Shown: in pieces, positions 36,166-45,692 of the stretch
Position numbering within the stretch: position 1 is the first letter of the stretch
How the letters are laid out: every line of letters starts with the position of its first letter
NCBI GenBank assembly: GCA_049297395.1
Contig: JBAQUG010000455.1
Coordinates: 16-64,015, forward strand
DNA: 64,000 nucleotides
Direction of reading: 5' to 3'
DNA from: Victivallales bacterium
GTDB lineage: Bacteria > Verrucomicrobiota > Lentisphaeria > Victivallales > GWF2-50-93
Translations under genes and position numbers: made by a program
Notes under the pieces: generated by a model
What the model saw: only the letters and a program-made list of their open reading frames with translations
Databases searched by the model: none
Told to the model about the DNA's origin: nothing

Positions 36166-38702
36166 ATCCTGTTGTCAACGTCATCGCCAACCGGCTGAGC
36201 CTCCGTCCTCCGCAACGCAATTCGTTGGAGATTCTTTCACGGCTCTGTGACATCATTCCTCTCGAAAAAGATGCGGACGTGGCGCGATCCCTGGAAACAA
36301 TCCGGGCGGAATTTCCGATGGTAACGGATTTCGAGCGGGATTTTCCGTCACTTTGCTTCGCCCTGGCGACAGGTGTGGGCAAGACGCGGCTAATGGGGGC
36401 GTTCATCTCCTATCTTTTCAAGGCCGAAGGCATGCGGCACTTCTTCGTGCTTGCGCCGAACCTGACCATATACAATATCTCTAAAATTACGAGCACGGAA
36501 ACACCCAAGGGGGCAGTGAAGACCAATGTTCCCCGTTTCCGCCGCCTGCAGGAATACCTTGGGCAGAGCTACTTTGAATACCTGTCGAAGCTTGACGATC
36601 TTGTCCTGCTCATGGATGAATCCCACCGTTACCGGGCATCGGCAGGCATGAGGGCTATCAGCGAGTTGAAACCTATCATAGGACTTGAGCTTACCGCTAC
36701 ACCGCAAATTGAGACCGGTGGACGCAACATTCCTTTCAATAACGTCATATACAGTTATCCGCTATCAAGCGCCATGGAGGATGGGTTCGTCAAGGAGCCC
36801 GCCGTAGCAACGCGTGAGAACTTCAACGTGAAGAGCTACGATGAAGACAGTTTGGAAAGGCTGAAGCTGGAGGACGGGGTTAGAATCCACGAGAACACAA
36901 AGGTCGAACTGGAAATATATGCACGCGAAAACGGCAAGTCTCTAGTAAAACCATTCATGTTGGTCATTGCCAGGGATACAGGCCACGCCAATGAGCTTGT
37001 GAAGATAATAGAAGATCTGGCGTTTTTTGAGGGTAGGTACAAGGGAAAGGTCATCCAAGTCCATTCGAAACAGACCGGCGAGGAGCGTGACGAGACTGTT
37101 GAACAGCTCATCAATGTAGAGAAATCAGACAACCCTACGGAAATAGTCATCCATGTGAACATGCTCAAAGAAGGTTGGGATGTAACGAATCTCTATACCA
37201 TCGTTCCTCTCCGGGCGGCTAACTCGCAGACGCTGGTCGAGCAATCCATCGGACGCGGTCTCCGGCTTCCTTACGGTAAACGCACGGGAGTGGGTGCGGT
37301 GGATCGGCTGACCATAGTATCCCATGACAAGTTCCAGGAGATTGTTGACTACGCCAACAGTCCTGACTCGATCATCCGAGGCGGAATGAAAGTGATTTAT
37401 GTCAGCGATGAGAAATCCAAGGTTGTTGTAGCTCAACCCCGGATAATGGAGCATATTACGGCTTCTGGTGAGTATAAGGCCAGCGGTGCCAAGCAGCAGC
37501 CCGTGCTGTTCAAGAGTCCGAAGGAGCAGGAAGCTGCGAGGGCTACGCTGGATGTCATACACAGGGAATTTGAAAGGCTGCCAAGTTCTGCGGATCTCGC
37601 AAAACCTGAAATTAGGAAGCAGATTGTCGAAAAAGTGAAAGAGAGTATTACTCCGGCACAGCAGGAAATCGAAGGCGTAGCTGAGAAAATTGATGTGGAA
37701 GGAATCGTATCAAAGACTATTAAACTTCATAATGAACTTTCTATTGATATCCCCCGTATCAGCATTCAGCCTAAAGGCGAAGTGTCACGCGGCTTCAGTG
37801 AGTTCAAACTCGATCTGTCGGGAGTGCGGCTTCAGCCTGTGGACAACGAAATTCTGATACAGGAGCTTCATCGCCGCGAACAGCATCGTCTATTGAGCGG
37901 AAGTGGTGTTGATACTGAAGAGCATCCTGAGGATTATCTCGTGAACGGACTCATTGACTTCAATGACATCTGCTATGACAATCATGCAAAACTGCTCTAC
38001 AAGCTTTCAAGTCAGACAGTGGCGCACTTGAGATCCTATCTGAAGAGTGAGGAGGAGGTTCTGAACGTGCTGCAGTATCACCAAAAGATGCTGGTAGATT
38101 TGATACATGCACAGATGCAGGAACACTATGAGGAGAAGGCCACCGGCTACGGGATTCATGTGAGCAAGGGCTTTACATCTCTACGACCCAGCAATTACTC
38201 GGCCCCTGCCGGGGAAGTTGAGCGGGACTTCCGAGCCCCGGTTTCCGATAGGCAGGAGATTCGGAAAATGTTATTTGTCGGATTCAGCAAATGCCTATAT
38301 CCGCTTCAGAAGTTCGATTCAGATACCGAAAGGAGATTTACGGTTATCTTGGAAAACGACAAGGAAGTCCTCAAGTGGTTCAAACCGCCCAAGGGAGTGT
38401 TCCAAATCCAATATGACAAGCGCAGCGGGGAGATGTACGAACCTGATTTTGTGCTTGAAACTAAAAAGGCCAAGTTCCTTTGTGAGATAAAAGCTGCAAA
38501 CGAGATGAATGACGGGCAAGTGCTGGCAAAGGCCAAGGCAGCGGCGGAATGGTGTACTCACGCCACAGCTCATGAGAAGGAGCATAAAGGCAAGCCGTGG
38601 ACTTGCTTGCTTATCCCACACGATGCGATTTCCGACAACAAGACGCTTCAAGGGCTGGCAGCGACATATACCCATGCTTTTGCACGCGGTGGCAAAAAGT
38701 GA
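36162..38702 (+). CDS. type III restriction enzyme Res subunit (SF2 helicase plus C-terminal PD-ExK nuclease)
   Basis: Walker A ALATGVGKTRLMG, DEAH-variant LLMDESHRY, LELTATP, QSIGRGLRLPYG, and a C-terminal EPDFVLE...FLCEIKA. The start overlaps the DUF1016 stop (ATGA). Confidence 0.85.
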   Translation: MNPVVNVIANRLSLRPPQRNSLEILSRLCDIIPLEKDADVARSLETIRAEFPMVTDFERDFPSLCFALATGVGKTRLMGAFISYLFKAEGMRHFFVLAPNLTIYNISKITSTETPKGAVKTNVPRFRRLQEYLGQSYFEYLSKLDDLVLLMDESHRYRASAGMRAISELKPIIGLELTATPQIETGGRNIPFNNVIYSYPLSSAMEDGFVKEPAVATRENFNVKSYDEDSLERLKLEDGVRIHENTKVELEIYARENGKSLVKPFMLVIARDTGHANELVKIIEDLAFFEGRYKGKVIQVHSKQTGEERDETVEQLINVEKSDNPTEIVIHVNMLKEGWDVTNLYTIVPLRAANSQTLVEQSIGRGLRLPYGKRTGVGAVDRLTIVSHDKFQEIVDYANSPDSIIRGGMKVIYVSDEKSKVVVAQPRIMEHITASGEYKASGAKQQPVLFKSPKEQEAARATLDVIHREFERLPSSADLAKPEIRKQIVEKVKESITPAQQEIEGVAEKIDVEGIVSKTIKLHNELSIDIPRISIQPKGEVSRGFSEFKLDLSGVRLQPVDNEILIQELHRREQHRLLSGSGVDTEEHPEDYLVNGLIDFNDICYDNHAKLLYKLSSQTVAHLRSYLKSEEEVLNVLQYHQKMLVDLIHAQMQEHYEEKATGYGIHVSKGFTSLRPSNYSAPAGEVERDFRAPVSDRQEIRKMLFVGFSKCLYPLQKFDSDTERRFTVILENDKEVLKWFKPPKGVFQIQYDKRSGEMYEPDFVLETKKAKFLCEIKAANEMNDGQVLAKAKAAAEWCTHATAHEKEHKGKPWTCLLIPHDAISDNKTLQGLAATYTHAFARGGKK

Positions 38703-38787
38703 TTTGGAGAAGCAATCCGTAATTCGATTTTATATCCAAGTGCATTTTTCCGGGCTGTAGACTTATTAATTTTAAGGATGAAGTATA

Positions 38788-40878
38788 ATGCCAGATAAAT
38801 TATCCAAATTGGAGCTGCTTGCTCCTGCGGGGGGACCGAAGGCGCTGTTTGCGGCAGTTGAAGCCGGCGCTGATGCGGTCTATTTCGGCCTAAAGGAGCT
38901 GAATGCACGCCGTGGAGCTGAAAATTTCACGCAGGATAACCTTGCTGAAAATGTAGGTTTCGTGCATGGAAGAGGGGCGAAGGCCTATCTTGCACTTAAC
39001 ATAGATGTTTCACAGCGGGAACTTGGCGAGGCTGCAAGACAGCTTGAGCTTGCGAGGCAGTGCAAGGTAGACGCGGTTCTTGTCAAGGATCCGGCGATTT
39101 TGAAAATGATGCCATACTTCCCCGGGATCGATTTCCATTTCAGTACCCAGGCCGGGATATCATCTTCCGCAGGGGTGAGGGCGGCCAGGGAACTGGGGAT
39201 AAAGCGCGTTGTTCTTGCCAGGGAGCTTTCAATTGATGAGATCAGGGCTGCTTCTTCTGTTGAAGGGGTTGAGACAGAGGTCTTCGTCCAGGGAGCGCTT
39301 TGTTTCTGCATGTCCGGATATTGCCTGCTGTCAAGCTGGCTTGGCGGGCGGAGCGGGAACCGTGGCTTATGCGCCAGCCCCTGCAGGTTCGAATGGAAGA
39401 TCGGGAGCAGTGGAGGCGGACGTTTCCTTTCGATGCACGACCTGTCCCTCCTGGAGAGGCTTGAGGATTTGCAGCAGGCTGGAGCAAGGGCGCTTAAAAT
39501 AGAAGGCAGGCTGAAAAGCCCGGAATGGATCTCGAAAGCCGTGTCGGTCTATCGCAGGGGCATTGACAATGGTGTTGATGATCAGCTTAGGAAAGAGGTG
39601 CTCGAGCTAGGCGAGTATACCGGCAGGAGCCTGACGGATGGCTACTTGAAAGGCTGCAGGAGAAAACTGACTGGTGATTCCGGAAGAATATCAACAGTTC
39701 CGGAGGAGCTTGAAGATGCAGTCAGCCAGCCTGAAAGTGAACCGGCTGCAGAGCCGGATGGGACATATGGCATTGATATTAAAATTGAAAACGGCAGGCT
39801 GGCATGCGTGTTCAGCCATGGCGGTTCCTCCAGGAAATATCTTTACCCTGTCAGCTTGGTGCGTTCACCCGAAAGGGCTGTGGCGCTAGGGGCGGTCGGA
39901 GAGATGATCTCGGAAGTTCCGGTCCAGGGGCTTTTGCTTGGAAACTTCTCAGTTGAAGACGGAGATATGCAAATGCCGCGGAACATCCTGAAGAAGCTCA
40001 GAGAGGATCTGTCATCGTTCCTGCGTCTCGCCCGGAAGGGGGGCGATGAGAAAATCAAGGTTAGGATTCCTGTTGATGTCCAGTCGATCCTGGACGGCTG
40101 CAGGAATGAAATTCCCGATAATCCAAACAAGTTGAAGCTCGGCGGAGGAATCGACGTTGTCCGAATTCCGGGATACGGAGATGCGTGCGAATTCCGCAGG
40201 AAGTGCGCCGGCTACAGGATCATCATCGACGGCGCCGGATCGCACGAGATACTCAATTCTGATTTTGAATGGGGACGCAGCCTTCCAGTTATCGCACTGC
40301 CGCCAGTGTTTTTCGAAGATGACATTGTACGGGTCAGAGCCCTTCTGGACGTCTGCAAGGAGAGGGGGCTTGCCGTCGAAGTTAACAGCTGGGATGGATG
40401 GTTCCTTGCAAGGGAGGCCGGAGCAAGGCTGGAGGCAGGGCCGGGAATGGCGGTCTTGAATTCCATTGCCGCCGGATTCCTTAATGAGAAAGGGTGCGGA
40501 TCTGCCGTGGTTTCACTTGAGGCGGACAAGCGCCAGATGGAAGATATTGCATCGAGGAGTTTTGTTCCATTGCGCATATACAGTTACGGACGTCCAGTTC
40601 TTATGGTAAGCCGTGCCGAGCTCCCACCTGAATTCACTGGCAAAGTTTTCCAGGACAGGAGGAACTGTTCAATGAGGCTCGGTCTTGAATGGAATCTGAG
40701 TGTCTTCCGGCCGACAGAGCCCTTTGACCTCCGGCGCGAGGTCAAAGGGGGGCTCGTGGCCGCGGGCTTCGCCGCGGATCTTTCAGGTTCCGGTGATTTC
40801 TCCAGTGAACTTAAAAGAGCCGGTTCTGCCTGCGGGTCCGCTGTTAAAACATTTAATTATCTGAGGAAGCTGAGATGA
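38788..40878 (+). CDS. peptidase U32 family protein (long form)
   Basis: LELLAPAGGPKALFAAVEAGADAVYFG, ARELSIDEI, and the Cys cluster GNRGLCASPCR typical of U32 proteins. Confidence 0.85.
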   Translation: MPDKLSKLELLAPAGGPKALFAAVEAGADAVYFGLKELNARRGAENFTQDNLAENVGFVHGRGAKAYLALNIDVSQRELGEAARQLELARQCKVDAVLVKDPAILKMMPYFPGIDFHFSTQAGISSSAGVRAARELGIKRVVLARELSIDEIRAASSVEGVETEVFVQGALCFCMSGYCLLSSWLGGRSGNRGLCASPCRFEWKIGSSGGGRFLSMHDLSLLERLEDLQQAGARALKIEGRLKSPEWISKAVSVYRRGIDNGVDDQLRKEVLELGEYTGRSLTDGYLKGCRRKLTGDSGRISTVPEELEDAVSQPESEPAAEPDGTYGIDIKIENGRLACVFSHGGSSRKYLYPVSLVRSPERAVALGAVGEMISEVPVQGLLLGNFSVEDGDMQMPRNILKKLREDLSSFLRLARKGGDEKIKVRIPVDVQSILDGCRNEIPDNPNKLKLGGGIDVVRIPGYGDACEFRRKCAGYRIIIDGAGSHEILNSDFEWGRSLPVIALPPVFFEDDIVRVRALLDVCKERGLAVEVNSWDGWFLAREAGARLEAGPGMAVLNSIAAGFLNEKGCGSAVVSLEADKRQMEDIASRSFVPLRIYSYGRPVLMVSRAELPPEFTGKVFQDRRNCSMRLGLEWNLSVFRPTEPFDLRREVKGGLVAAGFAADLSGSGDFSSELKRAGSACGSAVKTFNYLRKLR

Positions 40879-40941
40879 AAGATACATATCCTGCTATATT
40901 ATCAAGGTAACTGCCGTTGACAGACTCTGGGAGCATGTGTA

Positions 40942-42267
40942 ATGGCCTTCACAAAAAAAGTCAAGAAGGATAACCTGAAGACGAAAGTCCTGGTTGTCGA
41001 TGATGAAGAAGGTATCCGCAGCCTTCTTGAAAGGGTGTTGGAGGGAAACTATGATGTCCGGACAGCATCCTCCGCCGCCGAAGCCCTCGCTCATCTGAAA
41101 AACAATAAATATGAGATTGCCATAAGCGATGTGCTCATGCCCGGAGGTTCCGGCAAGGATTTCCTCAAGGCATGCCGGAAGGAGTATCCTGAAATGCAGG
41201 TCATCCTTGTTACAGGGATGCCTGAATTGAGCGATGCCGTGGATACTGTGAAAGAGGGCGCATATTATTATCTCCAGAAACCACTTGACATCAAGTTCCT
41301 CCTGGCGCTGATGAAAAAAGCCGAAAGAGACCTGGAGAAGAATGTCGAGTCGAATGATACCGGCGTAATAAGGAATATCTCCTCCGGGTATAAGATCGTC
41401 AAATCCCTTGGGAGCGGCGGCACTGGAGTTGTTCTCCTAGTTGAACGGGACGGGGTACAATATGCGATGAAAGTATTAAGATGGACTGGGGCGGCGGATG
41501 AAACCCATGGAATCAAGCTCAAGAGGTTCAAGCGTGAAGCCGAGATCCTGATGAAGATCCAGAATGATCATATTGTCAAAATATATGAGCACAACCTGGA
41601 CAAGCAGGATGAGAACCCATACATAATAATGGAATACGTGAAAGGTGTCGACCTCTCAAAGTACATGGGCCAGGCCGGTGTTCATGGGCTCCAGGAGAAG
41701 ATTTCAATAATACGCCAGATCTCCGAAGCGCTCGACTGCGTGCACAACCATGGCGTGCTGCACCGGGATATCAAGCCGGAAAATATCATCGTCATGGAGG
41801 ATAACGTGGTGAAGGTGACGGATTTCGGCATATGCCACGTATCAAATTCATCGTTGACCATGACCGAGGATATCATAGGGTCGCCGGCTTACATGTCCCC
41901 GGAAAGTTTTGACTCCGGCAAGACGAACGACCAGCGTTCCGATATTTTTTCGCTCGGGGCGATAAGCTATGAACTCTTAACTGGGGTAAAGGCCTTTGAT
42001 GGCGAGAACATTTTCCAGATAATGGAGCTGATCCGTACCAGGAGGCTGCCCGCCCCGGTGAAGCTCAACGGGGAGATACCTGTGTGGATGCAGGACATCA
42101 TGTCCAAGATGCTCAACAAGAAGCCACAGGGCAGATTCAATAATGCCGGGGAGATCGTAAAGGCGATCGACCATTATCTCTCAGCAGGAATGGAATGGAA
42201 ATCTGCGCAGACTTTGACACAGAGGATACTCAGGAGCATGCTGTTCATCGAAGATGTATGGAAGTGA
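40942..42267 (+). CDS. response-regulator receiver domain fused to a Ser/Thr protein kinase
   Basis: REC: KVLVVDDEEGIRSLL...AISDVLMPGGSG. Kinase: GSGGTGVV...AMKVL, HRDIKPENIIV, DFG, SPAYMSPE. Confidence 0.85.
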   Translation: MAFTKKVKKDNLKTKVLVVDDEEGIRSLLERVLEGNYDVRTASSAAEALAHLKNNKYEIAISDVLMPGGSGKDFLKACRKEYPEMQVILVTGMPELSDAVDTVKEGAYYYLQKPLDIKFLLALMKKAERDLEKNVESNDTGVIRNISSGYKIVKSLGSGGTGVVLLVERDGVQYAMKVLRWTGAADETHGIKLKRFKREAEILMKIQNDHIVKIYEHNLDKQDENPYIIMEYVKGVDLSKYMGQAGVHGLQEKISIIRQISEALDCVHNHGVLHRDIKPENIIVMEDNVVKVTDFGICHVSNSSLTMTEDIIGSPAYMSPESFDSGKTNDQRSDIFSLGAISYELLTGVKAFDGENIFQIMELIRTRRLPAPVKLNGEIPVWMQDIMSKMLNKKPQGRFNNAGEIVKAIDHYLSAGMEWKSAQTLTQRILRSMLFIEDVWK

Positions 42268-42311
42268 CCGCTGCATTCATCCGCTTGCCCTTAGGACGAC
42301 TCGGCAGGAGA

Positions 42312-43544
42312 TCATTTGTAGATCAGATACCTGCTTCTCTTCTGGATGAATGAGTCGAGGTTCTTCTGGTATCCCTGGACTATCTGCCTGTAGTCCCATC
42401 CTGCATCAATTTCCCTCCTGATGGATGAGGAGCCCATGGCCTTGTCGAATTTCAAAAGCCTTTCCTTTTTCCCGTCGGCGGTCCAGCTGAAATTCCTGGC
42501 ATAATATTTTTTAAACAGGCAGAGTATCGCTATTTCGGTTGTCGCCGGCCTGTAGATCGCCGGATTGGTTACAACTATCCTTACGGCATAGTCGCTTGCC
42601 ATTCCGTCTCCGACAGCCCTGTATTTAACTGCCTGGAAAACAACCCCTGGAAGCCGCAGTGAATTTAAAGCGTTTGCGGCGAATGATCCGTTGAACCACG
42701 GTGCTGCCACGATCTGGAACGGCAGGGAGCCTATCCCTATGTTGATTCCTCCTGTTTCACCGAGGGTTCCAGTGGAGGCATAGGAATATGCCGATTCCGG
42801 CGTGGGGATATTCGGAGATGGAGGAACCCATGGAAGACCTGTCTGCGCCCATGCCATTCCCCTTCGATAGTTCATCATGGGGACGACATAAAGCCTGCAT
42901 CTGATCTTTTCCTCGGTGTTGAGGTAGAGGGCGAGTTCTCCGACCGTCATGCCGTATACGCGTGGAATCGGATAGAGGCCGATGAATGATTTCAGTTCCG
43001 GATCGACGAGGGGGCCGTCTACGGTGTATGCCCCATAGGGATTCGGCCTGTCCAGGACGATGATGGTCTTTCCGTTTTCCGCGCATGCGCTCATGCATTC
43101 CGCGAGATGCCAGATGTAGGTGTAGGTGCGGCTTCCGACGTCCTGGATGTCGTAGACCATGACATCTATCCGCGAGAGCGCCTCCCTTGTCGGCCTGTGC
43201 CCGTTTGCTCCGTAGAGCGTGTATACCGGAAGGCCAGTGACAGGATCCTTTCCCCCTGGTACGTTTTCTCCCGCCTTGAGGTTCCCGCGTATCCCGTGTT
43301 CAGGGGCGAAAAGGGCGACCAGTCTGATATTCGGATTCTTGTAGAAGAGGTTTACGGTTGAAACACGGGCGGAGTTGACACCTGTCTGGTTTGTCACAAG
43401 CCCGACCCTCTTGCCCTGGACCAGGCTGGTATATTTTGAGAGGAATACTTCGACTCCTGGATAGACTCTGGCGTTGGTTTGAACGCAGAACGAAACGCAG
43501 ATGGCGAAGAATGCAGTTTTAAGTATGCTACTGTGCCTGGACAT
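42312..43544 (-). CDS. namZ: DUF1343 family exo-beta-N-acetylmuramidase (NamZ-like)
   Basis: VGLVTNQTGV, FAPEHGIRG, DIQDVGSRTYTYIW, plus an N-terminal signal sequence. Confidence 0.82.
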   Translation of the reverse strand: MSRHSSILKTAFFAICVSFCVQTNARVYPGVEVFLSKYTSLVQGKRVGLVTNQTGVNSARVSTVNLFYKNPNIRLVALFAPEHGIRGNLKAGENVPGGKDPVTGLPVYTLYGANGHRPTREALSRIDVMVYDIQDVGSRTYTYIWHLAECMSACAENGKTIIVLDRPNPYGAYTVDGPLVDPELKSFIGLYPIPRVYGMTVGELALYLNTEEKIRCRLYVVPMMNYRRGMAWAQTGLPWVPPSPNIPTPESAYSYASTGTLGETGGINIGIGSLPFQIVAAPWFNGSFAANALNSLRLPGVVFQAVKYRAVGDGMASDYAVRIVVTNPAIYRPATTEIAILCLFKKYYARNFSWTADGKKERLLKFDKAMGSSSIRREIDAGWDYRQIVQGYQKNLDSFIQKRSRYLIYK

Positions 43545-44217
43545 TTAATTCCCGGATGGAGTTCTGGTTTTTCTGGACGAAGATCTTCTTTTCTGTTTCG
43601 GCGATTATGAGGTTGTAGACCGACACGAGGAAGCACGATACGACTCCGCCGAGTACGAAATAGTTCCTGGTGTCGAAGAAAAATATCAGGAGGTATGAGA
43701 GCGCGAAGATCGCGAATTCGGTGAAGCTGTTCCTGAGCGTGATCCATTTCGGTATCGCTATGCACCCGTAGAGCCCGCTGCCTTTTTTCGCCAGTGAGAA
43801 GAGGGCGACATTCCTGACATGCCTGAAGTGTATGCATGCTTCAAGAAGGACGAAAGTACCGCAGAAGAACTCGTAGATGTTCCAGCTTGACATGAGCCTG
43901 CAGGAATAGAGCATGATCCAGATTCCCGTGGAGGAGATGATGAGTTCTGAGAAGAACCGTATGATCAGTTTTGACGGATTCCTGATCTCATCCTCCGATA
44001 TTGACTTCAGATAATATCCTTTTTCAAAGAGCCAGAAGCTTCTGACCCTGTTGTGGTAGAGCCTGGCGCCGATATAGTTCATCAGCCAGTCCGACGCGAA
44101 TACTATAATCCAGATGAGCACCATTGTCACCGGTTCGTAGAAGAAGGAGCTGTCTATGGTCGCCGGCTGGAATAAGAAAGTCGTCTCTGTTTCGATTATA
44201 TTTGCCATATAGTTCAT
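43528..44217 (-). CDS. integral membrane protein, function unknown
   Basis: 229 aa with about 6 hydrophobic segments. Its 3' end overlaps the namZ start by 17 nt. No recognised motif. Confidence 0.45.
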   Translation of the reverse strand: MNYMANIIETETTFLFQPATIDSSFFYEPVTMVLIWIIVFASDWLMNYIGARLYHNRVRSFWLFEKGYYLKSISEDEIRNPSKLIIRFFSELIISSTGIWIMLYSCRLMSSWNIYEFFCGTFVLLEACIHFRHVRNVALFSLAKKGSGLYGCIAIPKWITLRNSFTEFAIFALSYLLIFFFDTRNYFVLGGVVSCFLVSVYNLIIAETEKKIFVQKNQNSIRELNVQAQ

Positions 44218-44233
44218 AATTGGTATCCATTCC

Positions 44234-45610
44234 CTACATAGTTCTTAAAAAAACAAGATACAGCGTAAGTATAGCACCTGTAAGGTATGTAAGCCAGGAA
44301 ATCTCCCTTCCTTTTCCGGTTAAAAGTTTAATCGCCGGATAGCTTATGAGTCCGAGGGCGAGGCCGTCTCCAATGTTGGTGCAGGCCGGAATTCCGATCA
44401 GTATCAGGAATGCCGGAATTGATTCAGTATGGTCGTCCCAGCTTATTTTCGAGACGTTCCTGAGCATCATGGCTCCGACGATCACGAGCGCAGGTGCGGT
44501 GATTGGATTGAATGGCGGAGGATAGTTTGCGATCATGCCGATGAAAGGAGTGAAGAAGACCGCGAGCAGGAAGCACACCCCGGTTATTACTGCGGTAAAA
44601 CCAGTACGCCCTCCGTTTTCCACTCCTGCCGCGCTTTCAATGTAGCTCGTTACGGTGCTGTGCCCGAAAAGCGCGCCAACAGCCGTTCCGCATGCGTCGG
44701 CGGCGAAGGCCTTCTCGCAGTTCGGAAGCTTGCCGTCCTTCATGAGGCCAGCCTGTGTGCCGACTCCGACGAGGGTGCCCAGATTGTCGAAGACATCCAT
44801 GACCGTGAAAATCAGTATGAAAGGTATCAGGAGCGGCAGATGCGAGCACAGGTTTGAAAAATCCATCTTCATGAACACAGGTGATATGTCCGGAGGGGCG
44901 CTGACCAGGGCGGGGGGGATATGTATTTTCCCGAAGGCGAGCGCTGCTGCCGAGGCGATAAGGATTCCCCAGAGTATGCTTCCCCGTATCTTGAGCGACT
45001 GCAGTGCCGCCGTCGATATCAGCCCTATCGCGAATATCAGCAGCGTCTTGCTGTGGAAGTCGCTCGTCAGGAAAAGTCCCCCGCTGTTCGCCACGATGAG
45101 ACCGCTGTTCCTGAGTCCAAGAAGCGCAATGAAGAGCCCAATTCCTCCGGCGATGGCGTATTGGAGGCTCGGACTTATTATTGTAAGGAGCATTTTCCGG
45201 ATGTTGAGGGCGGTTATGATCAGGAAAAGTATTCCGGACATGAAGACGACCGCCAGCGCTGTCTGCCATGCGGCTTCTCCGGAAAGTCCTATGCTGGGAG
45301 CGGCGCATGCGGCGATCACTGAAACAAAAAAGAAATTCTCGCCCATGCCGGGGGCCAGGGCTACAGGATAGTTCGCAAGCATGCCCATAAGTATGCTTCC
45401 AAGGGCGGAGGCGATGCAGGTGGTGACCATGAGCGCCTTGAAATCCATTCCTGTGGGCTGGGAGCCCGGCATGGTTCCGGAAAGGATGCTCGGCTGCAGG
45501 AATATTATGTAGGACATCGTCATGAAGGTTGTGATGCCGGCGATTATCTCCACCGGAATCCTGCTTCCGCGTTCCTCGATCCTGAAGAATGAAATCAGCG
45601 CCTTCTTCAT
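44234..45610 (-). CDS. NCS2 family nucleobase permease (AzgA/PbuG-like)
   Basis: N-terminus FFRIEERGSRIPVEIIAGITTFMTMSYIIFLQPSIL and 12-14 TMs, typical of adenine/guanine/hypoxanthine permeases. Confidence 0.88.
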   Translation of the reverse strand: MKKALISFFRIEERGSRIPVEIIAGITTFMTMSYIIFLQPSILSGTMPGSQPTGMDFKALMVTTCIASALGSILMGMLANYPVALAPGMGENFFFVSVIAACAAPSIGLSGEAAWQTALAVVFMSGILFLIITALNIRKMLLTIISPSLQYAIAGGIGLFIALLGLRNSGLIVANSGGLFLTSDFHSKTLLIFAIGLISTAALQSLKIRGSILWGILIASAAALAFGKIHIPPALVSAPPDISPVFMKMDFSNLCSHLPLLIPFILIFTVMDVFDNLGTLVGVGTQAGLMKDGKLPNCEKAFAADACGTAVGALFGHSTVTSYIESAAGVENGGRTGFTAVITGVCFLLAVFFTPFIGMIANYPPPFNPITAPALVIVGAMMLRNVSKISWDDHTESIPAFLILIGIPACTNIGDGLALGLISYPAIKLLTGKGREISWLTYLTGAILTLYLVFLRTM

Positions 45611-45639
45611 CTTGACCTGCCTGTAATCCTGAGCATCTC

Positions 45640-45672
45640 AAAAAAAGAGCCTGCGAACTTCGCAGGCTCTTT
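45640..45672 (-). terminator. Rho-independent terminator for the 45693..46223 gene
   Basis: The minus strand reads aaagagcctgcg-aagtt-cgcaggctcttt followed by ttttt. Confidence 0.8.
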
Positions 45673-45692
45673 CTGATTGTATTAAAATATCC

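Noticed and set aside
44637-45641. 334-aa minus-strand ORF, and the 238-aa plus-strand ORF at 44655..45371
   Set aside because: Both overlap the NCS2 permease gene in other frames. They are Arg/His/Gly-rich low-complexity translations typical of an off-frame read of a membrane-protein gene.
45611-45692. Possible purine riboswitch upstream of the NCS2 permease
   Set aside because: The leader is only about 30 nt before the neighbouring gene's terminator, which is too short for an aptamer. No conserved purine-riboswitch loops are visible.
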